Shown here one piece after another: positions 12,088 to 24,644 of a stretch of 64,000 bases of DNA. Within the stretch, counting starts at the first letter, position 1; every line of letters starts with the position of its first letter. A program made the translations under genes and the position numbers. Where the stretch lies: NCBI GenBank assembly GCA_047495785.1, contig JBLDXI010000002.1, forward strand, positions 2,356,001 through 2,420,000, in the 5' to 3' direction. The notes beneath the pieces were generated by a model that did not search any database, had not been told where the DNA came from, and saw only the letters and a program-made list of their open reading frames with translations. Origin of the DNA: Lepidodermella squamata. Its lineage: Eukaryota; Animalia; Gastrotricha.

Positions 12088-12570
12088 ACGAGTGGTCAGA
12101 CTTTTCAGCAGTGATACTTCAGCAAATGAGGGTCAAACCAGCAGTGACTTTTCATCCGTGACACATTGTCAGTAAAAAATCCATAAAAATCAAATTTTTG
12201 TATTAATTTAAATAATTCTTGCAGACAAGTGAGCAGTGACATTTCAGCAGCGACAAATGAGCAAATGACACTTCATCAATTTTCATTCATTTATCTCGGG
12301 CATTGAACTTGCACTTTTTGAGCTCAACTTCAATGCAGCGCATAGTCACCCTGCTGAATACGGCTGAAATTCTGTTGATGAAATGTCTCTGCTGAAATGT
12401 CACTGCGCAAATGTCACCAAGATAAAGATAAAAAAATTGGAAAAATTATCAAAAATCACTGCTGACTTGTCACTGATGATTTGTCACTGTGCAAATGTCG
12501 CAGCTCAAATGTCAATGCTCATTTGACCCTCATTTGCTGAAATGTCACTGCTGAAAAGTCGTACAACCGT
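12088..12570. mobile_element. MITE with internal short repeats
   Basis: Inverted ends gacttttcagcagtga...cagcaaatgagggtcaaa; many aaatgtcactg units; exact ends approximate. Confidence 0.65.
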
Positions 12571-13539
12571 CATAGCAACAGTTGCCAGGTTACCAACAAA
12601 CATATTCTCTATTCTTCCTGTGAAAATCTTGAAGATTCGAAAAATACTGTATGAGCAGTATAAAACAGCGACATTTCAAGCTATACGATGTAGGTCATAG
12701 GGCCAGGCAATGTAATAGCTATTTGTTCGCTTTTTTCATTAGGCTTTGAGACAAGTTTTTCGAAATTTCACGTCTAGTCGTCAAGCTGCCAAGTTCCCAA
12801 TGCTATTAAATGAAACTGTGCCCCAAATGAGTTTCCTAGGAGAATAAGCACTGGAAAAGGTGTTTCGGTTATACTTGAAATTCCGCATTTTTTGCCTGTA
12901 AAACGTGTCTCATACAGACGTGTTGAATGTTTTGAATACTGTACAATGATAATCAGAAGTTTCGCACGGTCAGGAATTTGCCGAGTCAAAACAAAAAAAA
13001 ACATTTTTTGCCCCAAAAGTTTGGGTTCATCTTTTAGCCAAAAATACTCATAAATTGCAATAGGTTGAAAAATGTGAGTATTCATATTCACAATATTCAT
13101 AATATTCAGATATTCATCAAACTTATAAAATTTGTTGAAGAAATTAAAAAAATGGTTTCGATTTATTCTTATCTTTTACACTAACTGCTTATAATTCCTT
13201 CTGGATTTTCTTGCGCGGGGCTAAACATGTCCTAGATTAAAGACATCTCATTACCATATTCAATTTCTTAAAAATCATTCTACTATAATTTTAGCTTTTT
13301 TTAGGGATCGAATATTGACCAGCCTTTCAATTTGTTTCTCTTTGAATTTCGATCTGAGATATATCCATACCATCTGAACATATATTTTCTGAAAGCACTT
13401 CGCTGGTTTCGCGTAATTTTTTGTATTTTTTATTCTCATTTCAGCTATACATGAATACTAAAAAACGATAGGTATTATAATTTGGATCAGTTCAACTCAA
13501 GTTATAATTAAGGAATTGCGAATTCTAGGCTGTAGACAA

Positions 13540-14246
13540 TTACGGGGCAGGTGTCGACATAGCGGCGAAAAATGAGGGGTCGATTTCCGTGCAAAACTGC
13601 GACATAGTGAGCTGCACAAGGGAGCATTTGTCCATAGTCTTCATCGTCATGAATTGCATGGCGGCAAATGGCATGCTGCTGTCCGCACCAGGAGGGCCGC
13701 CGGGTCCCGCTGCCGTCGCACTTGAGTCCGCCGGACCTGGCCCCATCGGTCCTGGACCCATCGGACCTGGACCCATTGGACCTGGCCCCATCATCGGGTT
13801 CGGCCCGTTCGGAGCTGGTCCTGTTGGCATGTACTGGCTTGTGACGCCGCAAGCCGTCACGCCGTTGCAATTGTTGACTCCGCAAGAGCATGAGACCTTA
13901 TAAAGGGAAAATTATTTGGTTTTAATCAGATGATTTCGTAAATGAATACCTGATCGACTTCGGCACTTTTTGATATAGTGTACGTCTGTTCGGCTTCAAC
14001 CTGTTGGGGGCGGAATTTTTCGCAGCTGAAACTAACCAGCGCCATGGGGCTGATCTTCATAATTTGATGTGTGAAAGTGCAGTAGTCGCAGTTGTCCTCG
14101 GTCTTGACAGTCGCCGATAATTCGGCCGGGTTCGTCGATATCGTAGTAGATCCTTCAGCCTTGGCGGTTCCCGAGAAGCAAGTGATGCCGGCTTGAGCGA
14201 CTCCGAGGCAACACGCAACAACGACGAGACACATTTTGAACTCCAT
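13540..14246 (-). CDS. Secreted three-finger/LU-like protein A3 (GPGPM x3 + GPGPA)
   Basis: Exons 14246-13950 and 13896-13540; CFSG, CDYC, CSCGVNNCN, KC-x10-C, ends STPAP. Confidence 0.85.
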
Positions 14247-14566
14247 TTTTCAGCTGGAAAAATTGAAGCGAAAATAAACAGAATGAATATCAGTGGATAA
14301 GATCTTCTTCTTGTTTTGTTCGACCGCGCGAAAAAATGCAAATTTAAAAGGGTGCAAATTCGCGCAGGTGGGGTTCAATGTCGCTTTTATTGCCTGCAAT
14401 TAAGGTTTAAAAGTTCGGTAAATGTTGGCACTTTCAGGTTTAGGGCTGGCCATAAATTTGAAAAAATTGTTTCTGCTCGTCAGGGGTATGGGATAATTCT
14501 AAAACCCAGCTACATTTTACATCATTTTTTCATTTGAGCCTGCTAGTAATTTTGGAAAACTGTAAC

Positions 14567-15224
14567 ATGGTTTCAATTCAAGTTGCTGTCGGGATTTGCT
14601 TGATAGCTGCATTCAACGCATGCTACGGTTGGGATTGAAATATTCCCATTAAAGAATTTAAAATTATTTCACAATTCAACAGGCGATATCGCGTGTTACG
14701 ATGGGATGATTAACAAGAATATTCTATTTGGCAAATCTCTGGACCCTGTTGCCAACAATTTGACTGTCCGCACCGATTGCAAGGTCTGCCAGCGCACGAA
14801 TGTCGCCTACGACAGTGGTATGCAGGCATCTATGTTCAGCTGTCAAGTTTTCGGAGCAATCGCCAACTCCACCACGATTATTCATACGTCGCTATCGACA
14901 CAGGTTTTTATTTTTTTTAAATTATCGGCGAAATTTAAATTTTTAAATAATTAGAACATGTGCACTTGTACGACTGATAAATGCAACCAGGAATTGCTTT
15001 GCGGCAATGTGGAAAATCTGCCTGAGCAGATCAGACCCCTGCCTAAACCTGCCTCCAGCGGTCCTGAGGGCGCCGGCATTCTCGGGGTGATCGCCACAAA
15101 AGCAGGCGAAAAATGCCAAGCTTTGACAACTGCGATTCAATTTTTGTGCCAGGGCGCAATGATGGCTGAAATGGCTGCTATGATGATGCCAGCTGCTGGT
15201 GGACCATCTACACCTGCACCTTAA
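14567..15224 (+). CDS. Secreted three-finger/LU-like protein B3
   Basis: 3 exons; MVSIQVAVGICL signal; CYDG, CKVC, CTCTTDKCN, KC-x10-C, ends PSTPAP. Confidence 0.85.
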
Positions 15225-15677
15225 TTATCACGACTTCCAAGAAATTAACCCGAAAATTCAAGAAAATTATCGTTTTTATTAGTTTTAATAAAAATCGCTG
15301 ATAGGCCAAAGGTGCTGTTTTGACCATTTCTACCAGCGAAAACCGAAGGTTCGATATCTGTGGAGAGCGATGCCTCGGAACAATTAGACTGAGATTTTCC
15401 CAATTTTTCCGAAAATAGAGTTAGCGAAAATGAAAGGGTACATCAACTGCCTTAAATTTGCATTCTTTAGATATTATGAGCTTTCACCTCCCGAAAAACA
15501 CTTTAAAAGGGTGATAATTCGCGCAGGCGGAGTTCCATCTCGCTTTTATTGCCATAGTAATGATAATGATGCCTTAGTTCTGAGGCTGATGTGTCGAATG
15601 ATGGCCATAAAAAATTGTGAAAAAACTCATGCTCAACTTTTACATGTTACCAGTGAATAATTTAGGATTTTTTTTAA

Positions 15678-16520
15678 ATGGTTTCTATGAAAGCTGCTGT
15701 CGCAGTTTGCTTGGTGGTTGCCTCGGCATTCATTGCATGCTACGGTAAAATGGGCAGCGCGGAGGTTGGGTCATTAATTCTAGACTAAATCCAACAATAA
15801 TCAATTTTTTGTTAACATTTTCACATTTTTCAAATTTAATTAATTTTGCGCAAAATCTTACGGTGAAATTCTAGTAAAGCTGAGCCAATCGATTGTACAT
15901 CGTAATTATCCGACCCTACCTCCGCCACCTAATCGGGATTAAAATATTCCCATTTGTGATATTGTTTAATCCTAAACAGGAGATATTCCTTGCTACAGCG
16001 GTTATGTCAGCAATAATGTTCTCTATGGAGGTTCTCTAGACCCTGTTGCTAACAATTTGACTGTCCGTACCGATTGCAAGATCTGCCAGCACACGACTAT
16101 CGCTTACGACAGTGGCATGAAGTCATCCATGTTCAACTGCCAAGTTTTCGGAGACATCGCCAACTCAACCACGATTTATCATTTTCCATCATCGACACAG
16201 GTTTTCATTCTTATTAATCATATCGAAATAACATAAAATTGAACATTTCAAACTAGATTGCTTGCAGCTGTTCGACTGATAAATGTAACCAGGACCTGTA
16301 CTGCGGCAATCTCGAACTCCTGCCTGAACAGGTTAGACCCTTGCCGAAGCCCGCCTCCCAGGGACCTGAAGGCGCCGGCATTCTCGGGGTGATCGCCACG
16401 AAACCAGGCGAAAAATGCCAAGCCTTATCAACTGCACTTCAATTGTTGTGCCAGGGCGCTATGATGGCTGAAATGGCTGCTTTAATGCCAACTGGTGGAC
16501 CCTCTACGCCTGCGCCCTAA
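15678..16520 (+). CDS. Secreted three-finger/LU-like protein B4 (tandem copy of B3)
   Basis: 3 exons; intron 1 enlarged by a ~180-bp insert with imperfect inverted ends; CSCSTDKCN; ends PSTPAP. Confidence 0.8.
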
Positions 16521-16733
16521 ATTTCACGGCTTCAAACAAAAAAATGAAATGCTGGGCCTCAAAAAAAATATTGTTTGTATTAGTTGAAATAACAAATCAT
16601 TGTTATGCGCACAGAAAAACACGGTGACTAAGATATTTGAACAATAGCCCCAAATCGCGACAAATTTAATTGTTATCCACCTGATAAAAGACTCCGGGAA
16701 ACTTCGCCACGCAGCGTATATTAGTGCTCGAAA

Positions 16734-17330
16734 ATGTTAAAAAAAATTGCGGCATTGATAGCGATTTTTTCAGCCTTTGGCTTCGCGAATGCTGGGCTCA
16801 AGTGCCATGTAGCTCAGGTGACCGGGAAGAGTGCGAACTATCTCCCGACGCCAGGGGACAATGCGTTCACCCAAGAGGACAACTGCGACTTTTGTTCACG
16901 GACCATGACCCAGTTGGGCCAGTTTGTCAGCCTCGTCTTCGGCTGCGGCAAAGCAGGTTCGCCTAGCCAAGAGTGCGATGAAATGATGATGGTCACCAAT
17001 GATACAGCAAATAACAGGCGCCAGGTTAAATAAAAGCTGAAATTCCCGGAATGATGAAATTTTGCGTTTTTTTAGTTTGTTTGCAAGTGTTGTGGCGAGT
17101 TGTGCAATGGATTTTCGAATTGCTCGTTGAGCATGGGCAATCGGCAACCGCCAGCGGCGATGGGTGCGACTACAGCGAGCCCTCCAATTAGCTGGGCTAA
17201 TGCAGCCATCAACCGACTGCCGGTGGCTTCCAGGTGCTCGATGACTTTGCTTTTAATGAGCCAAATGTGCGCGGAAATGGGCTTGCGCGAGAACAGCACC
17301 ACTACCATGAGCAGCGGCAGCAAGCGCTGA
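16734..17330 (+). CDS. Secreted three-finger/LU-like protein (12-Cys type)
   Basis: Signal peptide; intron 17025-17075; CDFC, CKCCGELCN, RC-x10-C. Confidence 0.85.
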
Positions 17331-17881
17331 TAATGCGCGACCGTTTGAAATCTTCGAATTGACTGAGAAATAATTTCGATTACAAATTTTCGCTTTTATT
17401 ATTTTTGCTTGTGTTCGGACAACTTGGAAAGGCTGTTTTAATATTATAAAGTAATTTTGAAAATTAGATTAAATTAAATTTTAATTAAATTTCTCCTCAA
17501 ATGGCTATCGAGCCGATTCGACCTAACACACTTCAAATCAGCAGACATAGTTTGGATAAGAGTCTCTATAAGAGTCTTATTCGATAGACGTTTGGAATTC
17601 ATCAGGTATTTTAGAAAATTGTTTCAGCTGCCCTAATGCCAACTGCTAATGCCGGTGACTCAACGTCAGCACCTTTTGACTTGGAAAATGACAAGGAATA
17701 TCGTGTAAATTATCGTTTTTGTTACTTCGTATAAGAATTCATTGTTCCAGGTCGCAGAAAAAACGGTGTGGCTACCTCTATTATCAGAACAATAGCCGGC
17801 AAAAACGAAACAAATTTCATTGTTTTCCACCTTATAAAAGAGGCCGGGAAACTTCGCCTCTCCGCATTATTTTTTGCGAAA

Positions 17882-18480
17882 ATGTTTAACAAGATTAGCG
17901 CTTTGATAGCGATTTTTTCGGTCTTCGGCTTCGCGAATGCCGGGCTCAAGTGCCATGTTGCTGAGGTGAGCGGGAAGAGTGCGAACTATCTCCCGACACC
18001 AGGAGACAGGGCTTTCACTCAACAGAACAACTGCGACTACTGCGAACGGACCATGACTATGGTAGGCACCTCTGCCAGCATCGCCTTCCGTTGCGGCAAG
18101 TCAGATGCGCCTGCTGGCGAAGGCTGCAGTGAAATGATGATGGTCAACAAAGTTGCCGAGCAAAGCCTGACCCAGGTAACAATACCCTAAAGCCGCCATG
18201 ATTGTTTAATAAAACTCGCGTCTTTTAGTTCTCGTGCTCGTGTTGTAACGACCTGTGCAATGGAGTCTCGAATTGCACGATGGGAATGGGCCGTAATCGA
18301 CCAGCGGCGATGAGTGCGACTACGGCGAGCCCTCCAATCAGCTGGGCCAATACGGTTCTCAACCGAATGCCGACGGCTGACAGGTGTATGATGACTGTGT
18401 TCTTACTTAGCCAAATGTGCCAGGATATGGCCTCCCGCGAGAACAGCACCACTACTATGTCCAGTGGAAGCAGGCGTTGA
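17882..18480 (+). CDS. Secreted three-finger/LU-like protein (12-Cys type), tandem paralog of 16734
   Basis: MFNKISALIAIF signal; one intron; CSCCNDLCN, RC-x10-C. Confidence 0.85.
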
Positions 18481-19042
18481 TAACTGTTCGAAATCTATAC
18501 GAACTTTACTGTGGACGATAATTTCAATTTTTTGCATAATAATTTGCTATTTTAGTGTTCGGACAACTTGGAAAGGCTGTGTTAAAATAAAATGAATTAA
18601 ATTGGAAATTGTTTGAACTTGATATCGCCGCATCCTCAAATTTCAGATGGTTCGAAAGGAGATCGAACCGAGCCATGATGAGACCAACAAATACTTCTAA
18701 TAGGCAGAGTTAGTTCGATGAGACTCAATCGAATTTCGATCGAAGTTTCCCTTCAGCGATTTTTTCTTGCCATCTCGGGATTTTAAAAATGGTTTCCCCT
18801 TTTTTTCCTTTTTTTAATAAAATTTTTGAGTTCTGCATTTCGAAAACTTCAAAAAAACTGGGTCGACCTATTCGATGCTTACAATTTTTTTTGTAGCCCT
18901 CTGCCCTCGATATAGCCGTGAGAAAATCCGCACTGCCCAGGTTAGCCCCCTTGTTTTCACACGTTTTGTTCTACCCGGCATTCAGCTTACTTTTAAATTG
19001 AATGCCAAAAGCCTAAGCAACTCATTTTCACATAAAATAAAG

Positions 19043-19726
19043 ATGTCGCGAATGGCAATAATAGCGATTGGCCTTGCCGTGGCCTCTTTTATTCAATCAT
19101 CTTCAGGTAATAGCTAGAATAACTCAGCTAAATTTTGCTTAATTTTCATATATTAATAGCCTTGTCATGTTATGCCGGTAGCGTCATGATCTATACGGCG
19201 TACGGCGGGCAAATGGACCCAGCCAAAATTCAAAACGTCACCCTTAAAACCAGCTGCAACGCTTGCTCACGGACTTCGGCGAATGCTATTCAAATGGGAT
19301 ATATGAGCATCCAATGGGGCTGCGATGAAAACCCAGGCAACGTTGCTAATACCGGCGCCACTTGCGCCAAAATGGTGCAAATGGGCCGTAGCAAAGGCTC
19401 GGTAAATTAAAAAACAAATATTTTCAAAGAATATGAGTTAAAATTTTATTTTTATTTAATTTCAGTCCACAAACGTGTGTTACTGCTGCGCAGACAAATG
19501 CAACGGGCAAATGAACTGCGGAAACGAGGACATGTTGCCAGCTGGAATGATGATGCCGCGCCCTATGAACAGCACCCGTCCTTCGATGATGATGATGGGC
19601 GAGCCTGGCGCCGGCTACATGGGCATGGTTGCTGATACCGATTACAAGAAATGCATTGCGTTAACCGGGCTTCTTAACTCTGTTTGCACTGAACTGCAAC
19701 CTAATGGCAAGCCGACGACGCCCTAG
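19043..19726 (+). CDS. Secreted three-finger/LU-like protein (12-Cys, Met-rich linker)
   Basis: 3 exons; CYAG, CNAC, CYCCADKCN, MMM/MMMM runs, KC-x10-C. Confidence 0.83.
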
Positions 19727-19951
19727 ATAAACTCGCCTTATTCAAGTTGTCCGAATCACAGCCTTATATTAAACAATATATCATGATAATAAAAAAAGTA
19801 TCTCTTTTCTTCCAAGGATTTGTTTGCTTAGCTCTCTTATAATATTGTCATCGGTTTTTTTCGGGTACCGTTTTGTTTACACTGTCATGCCCAATGGAAG
19901 AGGATTAGTCAAAGCGTTTATCCTATATTCAATAATTTCCTGGTAAAACAA

Positions 19952-20443
19952 ATGGTTAAATTAATTCTTATTTTCGTCCTTGCTTTTTCCGTTGCTGTTG
20001 GTCGCTCGAGTGGCCTGACTTGCTACAGCGGCGAGGTGTCGTCGATGACGAGCTCATCGATTTCGAGCAATCCGAAAGACCACGGCAGCCAGATTAAGCA
20101 GGAAAGTAGCTGTACGTACTGCGCACGAACAATGAGCGCCTCTGCATATCCGCAATCTTTTTCGGCAATTAATTACGAATGCGGGAAAAGCACAGACGCT
20201 TGCGCCAACACGATCATGGTCAACTCGATTGGGAAACCCAGCAATACGACACAATTTAGCTGCCAATGCTGCTCGGACAATTGCAATGGAGAGGCTGGAT
20301 GTCGCGTTAAATTAGGATCTAGCGTTTCAACAGGCACCGCAGCTCCGGCTCGTTCGGCGTCGGAAAAGTGCGAAAATGCCATTAAGCTGGTTGATCAGCT
20401 ATGTTCTTCCATCAAGCACTCGTCGAATTCAACCGCTAATTAA
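19952..20443 (+). CDS. Secreted three-finger/LU-like protein (12-Cys), intronless
   Basis: Single 163-aa ORF: signal, CYSG, CTYC, CQCCSDNCN, KC-x10-C. Confidence 0.88.
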   Translation: MVKLILIFVLAFSVAVGRSSGLTCYSGEVSSMTSSSISSNPKDHGSQIKQESSCTYCARTMSASAYPQSFSAINYECGKSTDACANTIMVNSIGKPSNTTQFSCQCCSDNCNGEAGCRVKLGSSVSTGTAAPARSASEKCENAIKLVDQLCSSIKHSSNSTAN

Positions 20444-20512
20444 AAGAATAACACTTTAAAATAATAAAACTCCCTTATAACGATTTTAAATTAATTTTTA
20501 GAATTTTTAAGG

Positions 20513-21101
20513 ATGCTATCCTTTTTGGTCATCTCTACGTGTTTAATCGGCGCAAATGGTGAACATATTTTGAAATTTTATTAATTAAAATTAAAAGATT
20601 CCCACAGCTCTCTCGTGCTACGACGGCTTTGTCAACGCGGCGTCGATAACGGAGTTCAACCCAGCCAAATACACCGCTGTGACTCTGAAACCGAACTGCA
20701 ACGCCTGTTCCAGGACTTTAGTCAAGGCCGCCAAGTCTTCGCTGCTTTGGAAATGCGACGCTGAGCCTCACAATGTGGTGAACACTGGCGCAACTTGCGG
20801 CAGAATGTTACAGTCGAATCGGTCGCCTACATTCGACCAGGTTCAATAGCTTCAATTTTTAGTTGATAAATAGGTTTCGAGTTTTAATTTTTTTTTCATA
20901 CAGGCTGTTTGCATTTGCTGCTCTGACAAGTGTAATGCGCTTGAAAATTGCGGTAATGAAGAGCTGTTACCCGCGGTTTTCAGCTCAACTGCAACGGCCA
21001 GCTCGAATCAGACTACTACACCACAGTCGCCGTCTGAGTTGTGTTCGGCTGCCCAAGAGGCACTGAAAGGAGTTTGCAGCGACCTTAAGCCGAAACTATG
21101 A
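20513..21101 (+). CDS. Secreted three-finger/LU-like protein (12-Cys)
   Basis: 3 exons; CYDG, CNAC, CICCSDKCN, LC-x10-C. Confidence 0.8.
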
Positions 21102-22130
21102 TCAATTCACCTTGATCGAATGAATTATCATAATTTTGAACGAAATGAAATAAATTCGGCACGAGATTGGCGGTAAAAAAGCCTTTCTGTCTATACTTGA
21201 GGCCGTATATTTTAACCCTAGATTTTCGATGATTCCTCTTTTTTGGCAGCTTTCAGACAGTCAGGAGGCTAAGCTGAATAACAAAAATTCTGACCTCATT
21301 TCGGACAAATGAAAAAATTTAAATTTTGAAATATTATTGTACCTATGCGTACACATTTTCACAGGGATTTTTTCGCGGAAATAAAAAATCACAAATATTC
21401 CGAGAGTCGCCCTCGCGAATTCAAATTTTCGCCATTTTGACGTCGAATTCAAGCAAATTTCTACGCGTAGAGAGGAAAATCAGAATTGCGTGTCGCGCTA
21501 TTCGAAGTTTGGAGAAATAAATCGTGGACTGAATTTTCTGATTTCGCTACTACAAAACGCGATAGAGCACCCGCCCGGATTTCGGCCATTTTTTTGTTTT
21601 TCCTACTTTGCCAGCCAGGTGAATTTATACAAAATATTCAGCAAAAGCAGAATTATAGAGAAGTTATTGGGCTATCGAGTGCCCGTGTCCGCAAGTCCGG
21701 ACGATTTTACCCTGATTTATGGCTAATTTTGTAGTCACCTAGACTCCTGGCCGAAGTTAGGGAACCAGGTGACCTAATTTCGGACACCTCATCCAGTTAC
21801 GCTAATACCTCAATTTTGGTACCGTCTCGGCGGCAAGGCTCCGTGCCCATTTGGAATAATTTGTTTGCGATCACGTGCTGAAAAAATTTAATCGTGAAAA
21901 ATGTCGTGAAAAATTCATCGTGTCCAAAATTCGATTTCTTCTCTAATATTTGGCAATCGATCAGCTCTAGAAAATCGACCTTAAAACTTCTGTACAGCAA
22001 TAAAATATATAACGATCAAGTGGTATCAGCTTTAAAAACCCAAGACAAAAAATCAGTGATTTGTATGAGTAATTTTTATTGGAATTATTGCCAAAGCCGA
22101 CAGATCTCAATCATAATTTTCTACATTACG

Positions 22131-23082
22131 TCAAGGAGTAGTTGCATCGATGGCAACCAAACCCGTTCGGCAGTTGTAGCAACTTATCGCCTGGTTGTTT
22201 TTCGCCAATCGGGTGATGCACCAGAAGCAAGTCGGCTGCCGATGACAGCAAGGCAGCAACAGCGTCGAAGTTGAGACAACATCACGAGAACAAATAGCAC
22301 ATCGTTCAATCGACACCGTCATCGATATCGTTCGTTTATTGCTAGATGGCAACACTGGGGACTGCAACCCGGCTTCTTTAGGCAGCTCTGACCCATAAAC
22401 GGCACTCTTTTTGCGAGAAAAAATAAAACAAATAAATAAAATTAAAACAAATTCTTACGTTTTTTGAAGAGTTTGATTTTTCCTGAACGGATTCGTTGCA
22501 TTGGCATGGAACGTAGTTACAAGCAGTAGTCGGCCGGGCTGAGGCTTCGTGTGATCGAGTGCTTATCGGTTTAAGAAGAGCAGGGGCAGAGCCGCTCTTG
22601 ATAGAGGCCGGCTGCTGCTGAGAGTTGTGCGAGGAACCCGACGGCATGTTCAAAATCTTCACATCAGCAACACCAGGACTGTTATCGTCGATAATGTTTG
22701 TCTGAATGAAGTCCTTCAGCGTGACTAGTTGATCGTGATCGGCTGAGAAAACTTTCAATTCCGATATCCTCGTGCCGATCCTCACGTCACTTTTGCCGGT
22801 TAAAAGCACCTGTAACTGGCCATTTTCAAAGTTGATCGATCTATTCCTATCCGGCTCGAATGCCACGGTGAAAACGCGGTTGTTTTCGTCGTTCGCCGAC
22901 AGGCCGAGCCACCATTTACTTATGCGATACTCGGGCATCATAGCTCTAGGCCGCAGAAATCGCAGAGTGGCGCGTCGCAGCCAGGATTGATCGTAGCCCG
23001 GCAAATTTCCCAAGCAACGGATTTTATCTACGCAGAAGCAAGCGCATTCCTCCATGCCTTGAATAGTGACATTTTCGGTCAT
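22131..23082 (-). CDS. Unrecognised ~125-aa N-terminal domain + RING (LPCC-type) protein
   Basis: Exon 23082-22459, short phase-0 intron, then CAIC...LPCCHRQPTCFWC...CYNC; N-domain (SKWWLGLS, SADHDQL) shared with 27142 gene. Confidence 0.78.
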
Positions 23083-23364
23083 GATGATCGTTGGCCGGTC
23101 AGAAAGACGGATCGCCGCAATAGATTTCAATTTTCAATAGTAGGTAACTGATCCTATGAAGAAGAATGCATAAAATAAGGCTCGAAGGGTGCATAATTTA
23201 AGATCCATCAAAAAATTTTAGAGAGCTCTGACTTGAAAAATCGATCGATGAAAAATCAATTTCTTGTTTACTTTCCCACCGAAATTTTGAGCGTTTTCAT
23301 GATTCAGCTGAACATCTGTGACCCATGGTGTTCCGTTCATTTCTCGCGAGTCTATGGGTGCAAC

Positions 23365-24351
23365 CATAGAGCTAGTTTTAAGATAGAGGTCCTACTTCTG
23401 GCTAAGGCTGTAAACGCCATGGGCACCAGATGTTGTGATGAATCAGCATCGAGTGGTTGGAAAAGTAAACAAATCAGGTGATTTTTCCATTGCCCATATT
23501 TCATTCATGAAAATTTCCTTGATAAAAAACTTGGTGGTGCAAGATAGTGCCTTAAATGGTGAACATTGCCATTATTTTTTCGAAATTTTCAGAGAAATAC
23601 AAAGGAGTAAAATCGCGAAAAAACAATTTTGTGATTTCAGATAAATCGACACTGCCTAATAATTAAATCGAAATTGAAGCATATTGCGAATAGGGTGGGT
23701 AATTCTGATCAAGCTATACATGTTGATGCTTGGAGCGAGCTTGGAAGATTTTTTCCTGATTTTCTATGATTTTATGAATTATTCCACTTGGTTTTTTACA
23801 TTACAAAATGGAGATAGCTTGTTGGGTTCTATCCAGAATCTTTGTTGACAGCACGTGCGCCATGTGCACATGGTGTGGCTGGATTGAGTCCGGAGCTGGA
23901 TCAGAGTCAAACTGTAGTGAAAAACCATTCATTCAATGAATAAAAAATTCTAGAAAATCTGAAAAAAATCTTCCAAGCTCGCTCCAAGCATCGAATTGTA
24001 GAGCGTGATCAGAATTACCTGGTCCATTAAAAATACCCTTCAATTTCACTATCTTATTGGCAGTTGTCATATTTTATCAATTGATCAATTTCATTTTTTG
24101 CGATTTTCCCCCATTTCAAAAATAGTTAAAATTTCGAAAAAATAACCAATGTGTTCATCGTTTCAAGAGCTACCTGGATCCGCCGGGAATTGTTTACTAT
24201 GACTAATCGTTCAAGAATAATGAGCGATCGAAAATCACCCGATTTGTTTACTTTTCCAACCACTCGATGCTGATTCATCACAACATCTGGCGCCCATGGC
24301 GTTTACAGCCTTAGTCAGGAGTAGGACCTCTATCTTAAAACTAGCTCTATG
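23365..24351. mobile_element. Non-autonomous hAT-like foldback element
   Basis: 8-bp TSD ggtgcaac; TIR starts catagagctag; >100-bp near-perfect inverted ends plus an inner inverted repeat. Confidence 0.85.
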
Positions 24352-24644
24352 GGTGCAACACATTATTTCGAAATACTCGAGCTTTGTCTCACTTTGTTAG
24401 CAAACAAAGCGTAATCATTATCTACGAATTTCTGCGAATCCAAAAGTATCTCACTGGAATGGCTTCTGCATCCTTAGAATTTTTATTTTCGGATAAATGA
24501 TTAGATAATATCAGATACATTTTTTTGATTTTAGGCGAAGCAGGTACAGAACTAGAAATTAATTTTGGTAATTTGCAAACAGTCAGTTTTTTAAGGTGGA
24601 TTTTTTCGATTTTAGCCACATTTACGTATCGTTGTTTTCGGCAC

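Noticed and set aside
12088-12570. CRISPR-like short repeats (also 25934-26380, 45530-46002)
   Set aside because: Eukaryotic context, no regular unique spacers, repeats are subterminal units inside TIR elements
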